From the human T2T-CHM13v2.0 reference genome, Homo sapiens, in NCBI RefSeq assembly GCF_009914755.1, contig NC_060928.1: 64,000 nt of DNA; one strand, written 5' to 3'. Shown piece after piece: positions 14,700 through 28,553 of this stretch. The translations under genes were made by a program, and so were the position numbers. The notes under the pieces were generated by a model, which had not been told where the DNA came from, did no database searches, and worked only from the letters and a program-made list of their open reading frames with translations. How positions within the stretch are numbered: the first letter of the stretch is position 1; each line of letters opens with the position of its first letter.

Positions 14700-14830
14700 G
14701 AGGTTGGCGCTATTATTATCTCTGTTTTCCAGGTGAGGAAACTGAGACATGCAGAAGTTAAATAACTTGCCTAAGGTCACACAGCTAGAAAGGGGTGGAT
14801 GTAAAATTCAAACTGCAGCCTCCTACCTGC
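14700..14830. mobile_element. MIR fragment
   Basis: GAGGAAACTGAGAC...AAGTTAAATAACTTGCCTAAGGTCACACAGCTAG core. Confidence 0.75.
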
Positions 14831-17800
14831 AGTGACAACACTTTTCACTTGTTGAGAGATAGCAATCCTATCTCTCAATACACACACACTCTCTCTCATG
14901 CACAGAGTCTGTGAAACATTTTAGCCAGTGGTAACAGCATACATCTCTCTGGGACATTTTGTTCCTGTCATTGATTTCATTACTATATTTTTCCTTCTAA
15001 CACCCCCTCCAAAATAAAACCCTTCAGTCTAAAGAGAAGTTTTATTTCATTTTATTCTCGGCAAAAGTAGGCTGTTGCTTGACAAGATAAAGTTTACTGC
15101 AACAAGATACTATAGCAATAGTGCAGGAATGTTGTAATCCATGCTAAATTGTAAGTAAACAAATTAGGGAGGCAAAGGCTAACTATGATTCGAAGTTTTA
15201 GCAAGATCTTTTTAATTTAGTGGGATGAAAATTAAAAGTACTTTTCTCATATTGGGTTCTGTTTCTTAGATAGTCAGGGAATTTCTATTGTCTACACAGT
15301 CTTTATTAATCATCTCTTACTATTTTAATATATAGTCTGTTTCATTCTGATTCCCTTTCAGCAAATTTCTTCTGCTCCCTGATGTCGAGAGAAAAAAAGA
15401 CAATGACAGTTAAGTCTTATCACATATTTATAAGAAGAAAAGCAATTCCTTGAATACGTCCCTGAAATGATAGAACTCCCAGCCAGTTTCTTGCATGGGT
15501 GTTTATCTTGAATTACAGAATAACGATAATTGAGGTTTACAATTAAAGACATTACAACTCCCAAAAGAAGACTAATGTATACTTTCTCTCTCAATAACAG
15601 ATATAAGTTTCCATCTAGTGTTATTTCTTGCTTATCTAGAAAAATTAGTAAGCCAGACACATAATTCTTTTGAGTTTTCATTTGCAACAAGTTACTGTGA
15701 TTAGCTTTTATGTATTACTTCTTTCTACTGTGTGACAGTTCTATTATATATTCAAGGCAGAATTGCAATAATGCACACCAACAAATATTTTTTGGTAGGA
15801 CAAAAATTGGTGGCAAGGTCATAACTTATAGGAAATTGGAACATTGTGTTATCATTAGGTAATATGCAAACGTTATCATCATAAATAATGTTCTTTTGGG
15901 GAAAGCATTTTGCCAGTTCCGGCTTCTAAGATGAAATCTGATGCTCTAAAAATCACAGGCATCTGTTTGTATGATCATTAAACAACATGATTGCAGAATG
16001 AAATTCTGCAGAACTTCACAACATATATCAATTTTTTGTGAACACTTAAATATTTAAGAAAATATGAAAATTATAATACTAACTTTGCAAACAGATTGCA
16101 TATGTGAAGCCACTTTGTTCAGTTCAATCAGCAAAGCAATAATAAATTAATAAAAATTTTAGTAATCAATGCCTAAATGTGTTTAAATTTAAATAACCAC
16201 TTATAATATTTATAATGATCAGTTTCCCTCTTGTATAATAGTATATTTCATTATCCTTAATTTATCTCTTAAACACAGGTGCTGAACTATATGATGCCGA
16301 CCCATTATCCCTGCCTATTTTTCCATTGTCACTAGTTAACAGGAAAATTAACCAGATGTTGTTGGGAATGTAAAGGCCTAGAGACGTGGCCTTTGGGATT
16401 CATTCTGGACTCATTCCTTTCTAGTATACCATGATGACCTTTAAGGGGAAGTAAAGCTAACAATATTTGTAGCTGAAGGGTACTTGATATTCCTTCCAGC
16501 CAGCTCTTCTCCCTTGCATACTAATGTGTTTGTTCATCAAAATGATTGTATTAGTCTTCTGAACAATTTCAGCATTACTTGCTAGGGTTGAGAGAGAGAG
16601 AGAAGGACAGGATTATTTAGAAAGCAGGCCACATAAGGGACAAAATAAAGAAACATAAGTATCCAAATCGCATCCCCCTGTTTCCCCCCAGGCTGTCGCT
16701 TAGCTTTCTGTCCCCACTGCCATTTTCTTTATCATCCAAACTTAAGTCCATCAAGATGGGGACAGGAAAAAAAAAACTGAAGCCAGATATTACGTATGTG
16801 CACTTGCTATTATTTCTATTAATAGGACCTCCTTTGGCATGAAAAAGTTTAATGTCATTGTCGTTCTCAGAAACGAGTTTTGAATGTTGGATGAGGGAGC
16901 CCTTGGCCCATCTTGCAGGAACAAGGCACATGCTATCATTTCATGAACTGAGCTCTGCTCGCCTGCAAAGGGCCTTGCAATCTCTCACTATTCCTTGAAG
17001 AAGGGGGTGGGAGTGGAGAGCAGAAGGAGGAGAAGAAAATAGAGAGCAGGAGGAAGTGAGAAATGGGATCGGGTGTAGGAAAAAAGCTGAGGGGCTGGGC
17101 AGGCCTGGATTGGCACCCCAGCTCAGGACAGTGGCCTTTATAAAGTCATCTAACCTCCCTGAGGTTTTGTTTCCTCATCAAATGAGAAAAGCACAATCCA
17201 TGAAGCAGGATTGAGGGAGGATTAGAAATGAGAATGTTAAGTGCCTGCTCTCTAAATGCACAATAAATAATAACTAGCATTATTGGCTAAACATAAGCTG
17301 GTAAATGGGGGAGATTTTAAGATGAGTTTTAGGGAACAATATTTTCCCCCAAGATAGGGAAACTAAAGTAATAAACAACATCATTTATTGACTAAAATAT
17401 TTTTGTGTGCTGTCACCTTAATTAAATGACATAAAACAATTGAGTGATTTATAAATATATATAAGCCAGCAACCAACAACTGCTGTTATATTTTTTCTTT
17501 CTGAAATAAGAAATGAAGCTCTATCAATCTATTAAAGAAGTAATTTCTAGAACATGTATACCACTCAATGAAAAAGAATCTTTTTATTTGTTTTGAACTC
17601 TGTATTTATGTCCCTGTTATTTATTTTCTTGTAATCCCTTAGAAGAATTTATGTAATTAATCTAATAACATATGAGAATCAAAGGATACTACAATGTATA
17701 TCACATTCCAATTTCTGTATGAACTAAGTTTTCACACCTTGTTCTTCCCCTTCAAAATCCGAAATTTAGCAACTACGTATTTCTATTCAAACATATTTAA

Positions 17801-18624
17801 TATTAAATATCTTATCTTTCAATATCAATATGCTTTATATCAGAGAGATTTACGAGCCATCTCAAGACCAAACAAGATATAAATATCTTTATGTGCAACT
17901 ACTTAGTAATTTTATAATTGTGTTAGACTTTCATTGAGTGTCTAAGATAAAAGCAATGCAACCCTTACTTTAAAAAATGTGTAATTTAACTCTTTAGGAT
18001 AAATTATTCAGTGTGAAATTGTTTTACAAAGTGTCTGTAACTTTCACCATGCTAATCAAATTCCTAGTTATTCTCTCTCTGTAGCTACACAGGAGGTGGC
18101 TATGCCTATATTTAGAAGCAACTCTTGTTCCCAGACATCTGGTATATAATTTACAGGGAGAGAGCCTGCCCTGTTTTGTAAACACCACATTGCTAGAGAA
18201 AAACACTCACATTTTTATATCTATGCGATTTTGTAAGGTTTGATACCATACCTAAATCACCATCTCCCCACGGCACTTCACACCAGCCACTGTCGAGGTA
18301 AATCCGACTCATAATTTTTTTTTTTTATCAGCAAGAAAAGAAAAAATCACTTGTCAGTTGCCAGTTCTGTTCGGCCATTTTAAGGAGCTCCAAGCTCCTT
18401 GTAATATGACCGTCGGCCTCCAAAAAGAAAAACAGCTTTTGAAAAGGTGATTTATTTCCAAAATTGCTTTTTCTTATTGATCACTCCTCTTTATTTGAGA
18501 AACTGCTGGTCCTAACTTATTTTTTCTCCTTACAGTATGTGCCCTGAATTGAAATAAAAGCACTACAATTAGACCTCTGTCCATGGCCATGGAAAAACCA
18601 TATTATTGTTATAAATGTCTTTGT

Positions 18625-18966
18625 GGCCGGGGGTGGGTGGCTTATGCCTGTAACCCCAGCTGCTCTGGAGGCTGAGGCTGAAGGATCATTTGAGCCCAGG
18701 AGTTTGAGATCAGCCTGGGCAACATAGTGAGAACTTGTCTCTGCAAAAAAAAAAAAAAAAAATGTAAATAAAAAAAATTATCTGGGCATGGTGGCATGTC
18801 CCTGTAAATGCCAGCTACTAGGGAAGTCCTGAGATGAGAAGATCGCTAGAGCCCGAGTTTGAGGCTGCAGTGAGCTGTGTTCCCAATACTGCACTCCAGC
18901 TTGGGCAACAGAGTGAGACTCTGTCTCAAAACAAAACAAAACAAAACAAAACAAATAAACAAAAAA
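18625..18966 (+). mobile_element. Alu (AluJ-like) with (AAAAC)n tail
   Basis: GGATCATTTGAGCCCAGGAGTTTGAG and GAGGCTGCAGTGAGCT AluJ features. Confidence 0.92.
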
Positions 18967-19221
18967 GTCTTTACCTGCTCCCAATCTTAGAACATCCCAT
19001 CAGCAGAAGCAGGATGTGGACTCAATAGAGAGCTAGCTTAGCAATGGTGCAGAGTTTAGCCACACCTGCTCTTCCTCAGTGTTCTCAAAATAGGAAAATT
19101 AGGGAATTAATTATAAGGAGAGGGAATAAGCAATGACATTTCATATAACATGTTCATTTCAGTAAAAAATGGCAATACCTTTTTCAGATCTCTTACCTAT
19201 TTTATATATATATATATATAC

Positions 19222-19513
<292 letters not shown>

Positions 19514-20789
19514 CCTGTAAAATATTAAACCAACAATCGTCTTCACAATGGAGGTGGATTTACCATGAAGCCAGTGAAACCCTTAACCTGCACAGACTCC
19601 CCTTCTAAGACTCTGTCCCTAATTTCATGTTACTTTTCTTAAAGGAGCCCCCAAAGTGTATACAGTATAAGCTTCAGACTTGACAACATGTAGCCCATCT
19701 CTACTCACAAGTTTATAAGCAAATTAAAAATCACCAGGCATTTACTAGCCTTTATTGTATACTTTCAGACAACCACAGAGCCACAGAAATCCTTGAAACA
19801 CGGTTTCAAGGGAAATAATGTCTGGCATCTCAATGCATTTCTAAAAGCCAACATCTTTCTCTTAAGACTAGCTATTCCTTTTTCACTTCTCTATTGGTTT
19901 AAACAGTGTTACCATTTCCCTCCATCACCTGGTAATAATCATATGGTCTCAAATTTAAGCACAATAATTTTCAAGCTATCAGCTATCTCAATTAACTATT
20001 ACTGATCACTGGTGCCATGGATAGAGCATGCTGGATTTAACTATAAGATAGACCTGAGTTCAAATTCCAGCATAGATATTTACTAGTTATGTGACCTTTG
20101 GCAGTTAACATCTTGAAACCCAGTTTTCTCAACTGTAAAAACAAGGATGAGTCTACCTGCCTCACTGAATTGTAATGAATGTAAAGTACTTAGCACAGTA
20201 CTAAATGCATTTGAAACATCACAAATACAACCCAAATTTCATTTTAAACAATTACTTTCATATATCTTCCCCATCAGCTTTTAACTACATCTTCTAAACA
20301 GAAGGAAGGATAACTTATTTAAGATAAAGATGCTTTATCTCATCTTATTCCTCTTGGCTATATATCTGTAGGAGACAAAAATAGATATTGTCAAAATTTA
20401 GTAACAATTATTACATGCATATGGATTACTCTAATCTACATAGCTCCCACGCTGATCTCTCCCACAAATTTCAGCGCCACATGTTAAAATTTACTTCTGG
20501 GGATTCACCTAGATATTTTCCTGGCATCTCAATCCATTTCTAAAAGCCAACATCTTTCTCTTAAGATTAGCTAGTCTTTTTTCATTTCTCTATTGGTTTA
20601 AACAGTGTTACCATTTCCCTCCATCACCTGGTAATGATAATATGGTCTCAAATTTAACCGCAATAATTGTCAAGGAAACTTTATATATTGAGTGTTTCGT
20701 GTGCTTCTTTGAAAGGAGTCAGTTGTTTTTGGCCCAGTGTTTTTTTCCATTGTTGCGGTAGTTTCTTTTCCCACCTTGAGTCCTCATCA

Positions 20790-21740
20790 TCCAAGCTCAG
20801 TCTTTGCATCTATCTACATTAACTCTTGAGGAGCTCCCTTCTAGTGCCATGAACATAAATATTATCCACATATTGATTACCCCAATTTTAGGTTTGGCTG
20901 TTCAACTTCTCCACTTGAATATCTAAATAGGTAATACAACTTAACATGTCCCAAACCGAACCCTTGATTCCTTACTCCTAACTTCTCCCGATCCGCAAAT
21001 GGCAACTGCACTCATCCAGGTGCTTCAAGGCCAAAACCCTCTGCATAATCCTTAGTTTCTGTTTCTCACACCCACCAGGCGCACACCAGGAAGTCATTTT
21101 GCCTCTATCATTTAAATGTATCCAAACTTTGTATCTCAGCCTCCACCACTATACCCTAGTCCAAGCCACCATTATTCTCATCTGATGTATTGCAAAAGTC
21201 TCCTAACTAGTCAGTGTGTTTCTGCCCATGCCCTTCCAGTAGTCTGTACTAAACATGGGAGCCAAAGCAATCCTTTGGAAGTTAGAAAGAATCCCATGGC
21301 TTCCCTTCACACCTGGAATAAAATCCGAAGTCTTTGTCATGACCTATGAACTCTCCAGGCTCTGATCTCGGGTTCTACCCACTTTTTCCTAGGCCCATCA
21401 TCCTCATCCAGACATACTGGCCTCCTTGCTTTTCCTTACACAACCTTCTGTTTGCTCTTTCTGAAGTACTCCTTTCTGAGACCCACATCACTTGTTCTCT
21501 GACTTTAGTGCTCTCTGAAATATCACCTTATCAGAGAGGCCTTCTTGACAACCTTCTATTAAAAAATCCTCCCTGTCCCTTCCCCAACATTCATGCTTTG
21601 TCTCCTTTCCCTGCTCTACTTTTCTTCTCAGCACTTATTACTAGAATGCTAGACCTTAGAAAGCGAGACTCAGTTGATTTCATTCATTACCATATCCTCA
21701 ATACCTAGCACATCAGTGAATGTTTGTTGAATGAATGAGT
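20790..21740 (+). mobile_element. L2 3' fragment
   Basis: CTTAACATGTCCCAAACCGAAC, CCCTAGTCCAAGCCACCATTATTCTCA and terminal ATGTTTGTTGAATGAATGA. Confidence 0.75.
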
Positions 21741-22949
21741 GCTCAAAGTCACATGATCACACCCAGCTTCATTAGAACCTTGTCTGAGCAGCCGTATGGA
21801 GCTTTGTAATGGGGTTAAAATCAAGGGCTGTGAAAGGAGGCATATCCGAATTGGACTCCTGACTCTATCACATATTGGCTCACTCTGTTTTTTACACTGC
21901 TAAGTTTCAGTTTCCTCACTATAAAATGGGGGCAATCATACTTACATATTCTAGTTGTTCTAAGGGTTACATGGACATGAGAAGTGTCTAACACAAAGTG
22001 TGTTCTTAAGAAAGTCAATGTTATGATTTCCATTGCATTAGGACTTAGGGGAATTAAATAACTTGCCTCAAGTTATAAACAATAACTGACAAAGCCAGGA
22101 AGCAAACTCTGTTCTTTGGAATGTCCAGTTGAAATTTTAGGGTACAATATTCTTTTCAACCCTAGAACTCATAGGGCACTTGGTGGACTGTTATTCCATA
22201 ATGAGTCCATAATAAATGTAACTAACAGACTAGACAAATGAAGAGTTACTTCAATAAAAGGAAGAATTGTGGAATTGTGTTTTCTACATTTTCATATAAT
22301 AATAGTATATTTGAAATAGTAGCAAAACACAGCAATACAGTACTATTAACTATAATACCTTATTGATTATAAAAGTTGTACATTAAATAAGTGAAATTTG
22401 ACATACACAAGAAATCATAGTGCTTATTTCTAAATACAACCATTATAAACATTTTAGGGTGTATCTTTCCAACTTTTTTCTAGAAACACACATTTTTTAA
22501 TCAAGATACAATCATAGTGTTTGTAAGGTTTTTAACTGATTTGTTTTCATTTAAGATATCTCATGGTCATTGTTCTATGTGAAAAAATATAGTTCTACCA
22601 CAAGTGATTATGATATATTGATATGTATTTAATCATATAGCTAGAGCATTATGTGTGTATTTATTTATTTAATTATCTATCAAATGATGTTTAGGTGGCT
22701 TTTAGTTTTGGGAAATCAAATATTATTACTTATCTTTGTGAATAATTATCTGCTTAGGGTAAATTCCTAAAATTTTGACACATACCATCAAATTACCTCC
22801 AGCAAGACTGATCCTATTTACATTCTCATTAACAGCACTGGGAAAATGTAAAGCTAAATCTAGTGAAAGTTTGCTAAGACTTTTCTTTTTTTTTTTTATT
22901 TTAAATCATAGCATGGGGGCATTTTTTTTATTATATATTTTTTCTTCTC

Positions 22950-23107
22950 CTTTTTTTCAGAGACAGAATCTTGCTCTGTCATCCAGACTGGAGGGCAGTG
23001 ATGTTCTGAACATCGCTCACTGCAGCCTTCAAATCAGGCTCAAGCAATCCTCCTGCCTCAGCCTTCTGAGTCACTGGAATAACAGGTATGTGCCACTGGG
23101 CCTGGCT
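22950..23107 (-). mobile_element. Alu monomer fragment (old)
   Basis: GAGACAGAATCTTGCTCTGTC...CTCAAGCAATCCTCCTGCCTCAGCC. Confidence 0.8.
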
Positions 23108-24386
23108 CTATATTTTCAGTATATTTAAGGCATGTCGAAAAAAAATTGTATAGAAAATTAGATTTTTGACATAAAACGATAGCTTATTTTCAACTTCCTT
23201 TAGAGTCTCTATCTGCATTGAAGATATGTGAGACTCATCCAGGTGAATTAGTTTACTTAATTTTTTTTTTTTAATTTTTGCCATTGACACAGTTCTATTA
23301 TGTTGCTAATGCCTGCGGTTTAGTGCATAGTTAGGTAACTTACCCTTCATTTAAGAAATGACAGGATTGTCTTTATTTCTTTAATAATTGCATTCCTTCT
23401 GGACTTTAAGGACCATGAAATGATGAGACTACTTATTGCTGCTCCCCGCCTCTAGCACAGTGTCTAGCACGCAGTCAACACTGGATAGGCATTTGTTGAA
23501 TTGTTGAATTGTCTTCTTTGTAGTCAACCACTTTTTTCCTTGCTGGTATATTTCTCAATTTTGTTGTTAATTATGTTGTTGAAAAGTAACAAAAAGGAAA
23601 TGTGTATTGGGGTGGGGAGTAGGGATCCAGTTGCTTTCTCAAACTTTGAAAGAAATTATAGTGTTTTAGCCTATTTGAAAATATGCTTTGTATGTTTGAA
23701 AAACATAATCATTTATAATAACATTCTTCAAGCTCCAGCTATTACATAGTAAATATAACTCTTACAATCTTGGGGGGCAAGAGTCATTTTCTCTCTGAAT
23801 CTGCATTTTCGACCCTTAAATTTATCATCTATCATACTGGTGTTCTACTAAAACTTATGCAAATGTATGGATATTCCTTTTTAAAAATAATTCCTCCTCT
23901 TTGGTACTGTGCTCATTCTCCTTTCTATCTTTCATAGTTTTCTATCATTATAATTAATGACTTCGTGTCAGAACACTTTTAGGAAGTTGCTCTACTCATT
24001 TTCTTGCCTAAATCATCCTCCTACTTGATGTCTAATTTACATGATTTAAAATTTCCATATTGCCTGTAAACAGTCTTTTCCTGCTTAATAGCATCTTTCC
24101 TTGTTTCCATACCAACTTAGAAACACCTGCTGAAACAGAAAGGTAAACAAACCAGAGTCTAAGAGTTTGCAGTCATGTTTAATATACAGTCACAAAAATG
24201 AGTCAGCCGATGCAGTTTCCATACACGAAAAGGCAAGAATACAGAGCAGTCCTTTGCCATGCCATACATGTGCATTTCAATCCGCATTCTGGAAAGCACC
24301 CGCAGTTTAAAGTTAGTATTTGCAAAAACAGGCCAATGTGGTTTATTTCAGGACACTGACAGATTTGAAATGGCTGCTATACTAAC

Positions 24387-24510
24387 CTTGACTGGTCAGA
24401 ATACCCCAGCTAGCTTTTCGTTTAGAAGAACATTCCTCTATACTCACTAGCCTTCTTTTCGTGAGGACCTGCTTAATGCAGTTCATTTCAACAGCAATAT
24501 CTGCGGACAT
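24387..24510 (-). CDS. ASB5: Candidate alternative first coding exon of ASB5 (MSADIAVEMNCIKQVLTKRRLVSIEECSSKRKASWGILTSQ)
   Basis: ATG with A at -3, 41 open codons + 1 nt, donor CAAG|GTTAGT. Phase 1 matches exon 2. Sequence appears unique. Confidence 0.65.
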
Positions 24511-25031
24511 AGTTTGGTTGACGTTTTTTGTCTGTGACAACCAGGTGTCATAAGTGCAAATGCTCTAGCAAGAAGAAATATCAGCGTCTGGATTTCTAAC
24601 TATTTTTTCCTTCCCTTCAGACTTTCACAAAGGTTCCTGTGTGCTAACTTGAGATGTCTTCAACATTGAACTCTATTCAGAAACACTTGGATCAGGGCTG
24701 GTAGGTGCAATGTGGAGGATGGGCCAGAAATGCTGGAGCATTTTCTATTTTTAAAGCAGAGACATGCTGCAGCCGGAAGTCTTTAACTATTTGTGTGATA
24801 TAGAAAGTAAAAAGTGGGTATAATTGCTTTTCCTAGTCGAAACAGAATAGAAATGAGCTCTATCGTTAAAAGATAAAAGCCTATTTAAAGAACCTACAAA
24901 TCAATCAAATGTAAAATTGCCTGTTGATAATGACTGCAGACAGAATATTGCAGCCAGAAAGCTCAGTAGTGATCAGTGACTAGGTTAGCCTTTCTCCTTC
25001 ATCCTCAGGAGTAAGTATGAGATGTGCCTTA

Positions 25032-25319
25032 GGGCTGGGCGTGGTGGCTCACGCCTGTAATCCCAGCACCTTGGGAGGCCGAGGCAGGCAGATCACCTGA
25101 GGTCAGGGGTTAGAGACCAGCCTGGCCAACGTGGTGAAACCCCGTCTCTACTAAAAATACAAAAATTAGCTGGACATAGGGACGGGGCGCCTGTAGTCCC
25201 AGCTACTCAGAAGGCTGAGGCGGGAGAATCACTTGAACCCGGGAGGCAGAGATTGTACCACTGCACTCCAGCCTGGGCGACAGAAGGAGACTCCGTCTCA
25301 AAAAAAAAAAAAAAAAAAA
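25032..25319 (+). mobile_element. Alu (AluSx-like) with small internal deletion
   Basis: GGCTGGGCGTGGTGGCTCACGCC...poly-A. The GGTTGCAGTGAGCC block of the right arm is missing. Confidence 0.93.
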
Positions 25320-28300
25320 GTGCATTACGGTCAGCTGGTAGCCAGCTCATGTTTTCATTTTGCAAGGATCTAAGTTTAGAATTGGCTTCAATACAAAATC
25401 ACAGTCCTCTTATTTATATAGGCACAGCTCACTATTGTGATTTTTCTAGAGGTCATCTCTAAATCAAAAGACGTCAGCAGTCAATTTAAGTACAGCTGAG
25501 ATTTTTCACCCTAAAAGGCAGAGGAAAGGGTAGTTGGCAGGATGAGAGGAAAAACCAAACATGTGCCTGGTATTTTTTACTGGCCTATAAAGTTGAAAAA
25601 GGCACAGAGTCTATGATGGAATCAAGAGCAGCGACCGAACTATGATAGGACTCCAAGGATTAACTGAGCTGGTGATCACGTTACAGAGTATTAACATACT
25701 GAAATCTGTCTTGCTGAAATATGGTGACAGATTCTGTTATCTATCTTTTTTTCATCAGTATTTTTAAGGCTCTACCTTCTGCTAGTATATAAAAGGAAAA
25801 AAGTATTACTGGGGTTATTGTCTTCATGTAACAAGCCAAGTAAGAGAAAAAAAAATTATGACTATAATTCTGTCCTATGCACTACCCTATGGACATTTGC
25901 TGCCATATTACACTGCCAGTGTTTACCTCAAGTTATCACTAATGAATACCACACATATCTTTTCCTTATCTTCAATTAAGTTCTAATCCTACCAGCTGTT
26001 TGTGTGACCTGGAGCGAGTAGCTTAATGACACCATAGTTTCCTTCTCTATAAAATGAGGAGCTTGGATAAGACCAGATTCTATGACTAACACACAAAAGG
26101 TAAGAGAGTGCGTGAGCTGTAGACATATTATATTACCACAGAAGAGGCTAGATATTCCCAATGAAACTGAAACTCAGAGCCAGCTTGGCCCAGGCTATTT
26201 GTATGGGTGGCACATTCCTAGGTGAAGTTAGAAAAGACTGAAGGGGCCTATTCAGTCCAGCATATTTACATGAAGCAATTGTCATTCACCACTGGCTCTT
26301 TGTCGCCTGGTTTGTACTTATAAGGGGAGTACGGTAATCTACACAAACCATACAGTAAAAGTAAATTTTAATTTTTGTTTAAAATTAAATTAATTAAAAG
26401 AAATTTCAATTTGAAGCTTATACTTATTATTCTGTAACAACAAAAGCTTTATGCTTTTGAATAATGCATATTCCTACAGAATGCATAATAATGCATAATA
26501 ATATTCCTACAGAATAAATGTAGGAAGTTTTATCATAAGTATTGTGACAATTTTTGTTTTATCATAAGTACTGTGACAATTTTTGTTCTGAAAACAATTT
26601 TAGACACCGTATATTATAATGATCTATTTCTCTGTGTCTCCCCCACTTAGTTGTGCACTCTGATCACAGAGACTGAGTCTATACAGCTGTTATTGCACAG
26701 GTCTAAGTACTGGACCTCTTAAGCCGTGGGCACTAAAAGAGTTGTTAAAGAGTAATTTGAATATGGAATTTTCTAGAATGCTTTAAGAAGGCTTTCTGTA
26801 GTCCTCGATGGTAGTAAACAAATTTCCAGGGCAGTGGGGAAAAAAGAAGCCATTGGATTTGAGTATAACTCACACTTACTGAACTGGGAGATGTGCTGCA
26901 CTGAAGGTGGACTAAGGAGAACCTATCAATACTTAATTCTTTTAAAAATTAAAAATGGATCAAAAGCAAAAGTAATTTTTAAAAATGACTCCATGGAATT
27001 GGAGGAAAATGATATGGTTAATTCACTAGAAAATAACAAAGAACAGAAGAGTGAATAGATTGAGTGTGCTCAGTGTACGTTCTGTGTGCTCAGCTGTATG
27101 GATTCATAAAAAGAAATGCACAGTGAGTGAACGCGTTAGGGACAGAATTGTTTAAATGCTAGATATCTGTGATTGTACCTGTAAGAGAGCACTGTGAAAT
27201 CTCGAGATATCTAGAAGAACATTAAGCCATATGAGTGGACAGAAGTTTTAAAGAGAGCCAGTATCAGATAAAACACTAGGAAACTAATAAAAATTGTAAT
27301 CTATAGAAGATAATGGACTCTGAATTATTATGGCTCAGAAAAAGCATCTAAGATATACCATAGATGAATGATGGTCTAACGTTACTACCGACAGGGACTA
27401 AAATAAAATGTTAAACCTTATAGGATATGAAACAAAGGCAATTCTATCTCCAGGAACTATTGTATTTCCATTTTAACCAGTGCTAATGTCCCTGAAAACA
27501 TGGGGACCTGTGTCTGGTTTGGTCACTAATCCTCAGTGGGAAAGTGATGTTAAAGCTGGAAAGTTTCAAAGAAGGGCACTGGAAACCATCAAAGACATGA
27601 AGACACTTCTGCAGCAGGGAAATCTTAATACTTATAGATGTTTCAAACTGGAAGGTTGAAATCGAAGAGGCATTATGACAGAAAGCTACATAATTATGAA
27701 AGGCATAGTTAAGAGTGAGTAAACGTTTTCAAGAAATTCTGAAAAACAAGAAAGCAAGATCACCTTCTGACAATTTTTAAAGCTAAAAACTTGGGGACAC
27801 AAATTTAGCTTTTTTGGCTTACACAACCAATTACAAACTTAAAGAGCTCACTGCTTCCAAGAAGTGGTATTTAGATAAATTAACAAATGAGTGATCCACA
27901 GATATGGATTTTTGAGGGTATATTCCTGAGTTTGGGGACTTAAAAGTAATTGTTCCTCCATTGTCAGAAAAAGAACATCAGGATAAATATATTCCTACTT
28001 GGATCTGGGTTGGCAGTTTTCCCCATTTTTTACTACAAAAATTTCAAACATATATGCACGTCCATGCACAGTGTCAACAATTATCAACTTACGGTTAGTC
28101 TTGTTTCAACTATAACTCACCCACTTTCCCACAAAAACTCCTAGGATTATTTTGAAGCCAATCTCAGTATATAATTTCATCCATAAATATTTTAGTATTA
28201 TCTCCAAACGATGAGTATTCTTTATAATTATAACCGCAATATCATAATCGCAAAAACAGCAATACTATAATATTAACAAACACAGGTTGATAATTTTTAT

Positions 28301-28553
28301 TTTCTGAAAAGCAACTCAGTTCACAAACTGCCTTCAATAATGATACTTAAGTTGATATAACTTTTAAGTCCTTTATCTCAGGACAAAAGTCTGTGATAAT
28401 CTTTTTATTTCTGAACGTCATTTTAAAAGTGTAAGTTTCCCATCCTTAGAAAAAAAATGAATGTTTACTCCAAAATTACTATTAAGGGCTCACTAAGTAA
28501 AAAAATAAAACCTCCTTAAATCATCACAGAGAAATCCTAAGGTTTTCTTTTAC

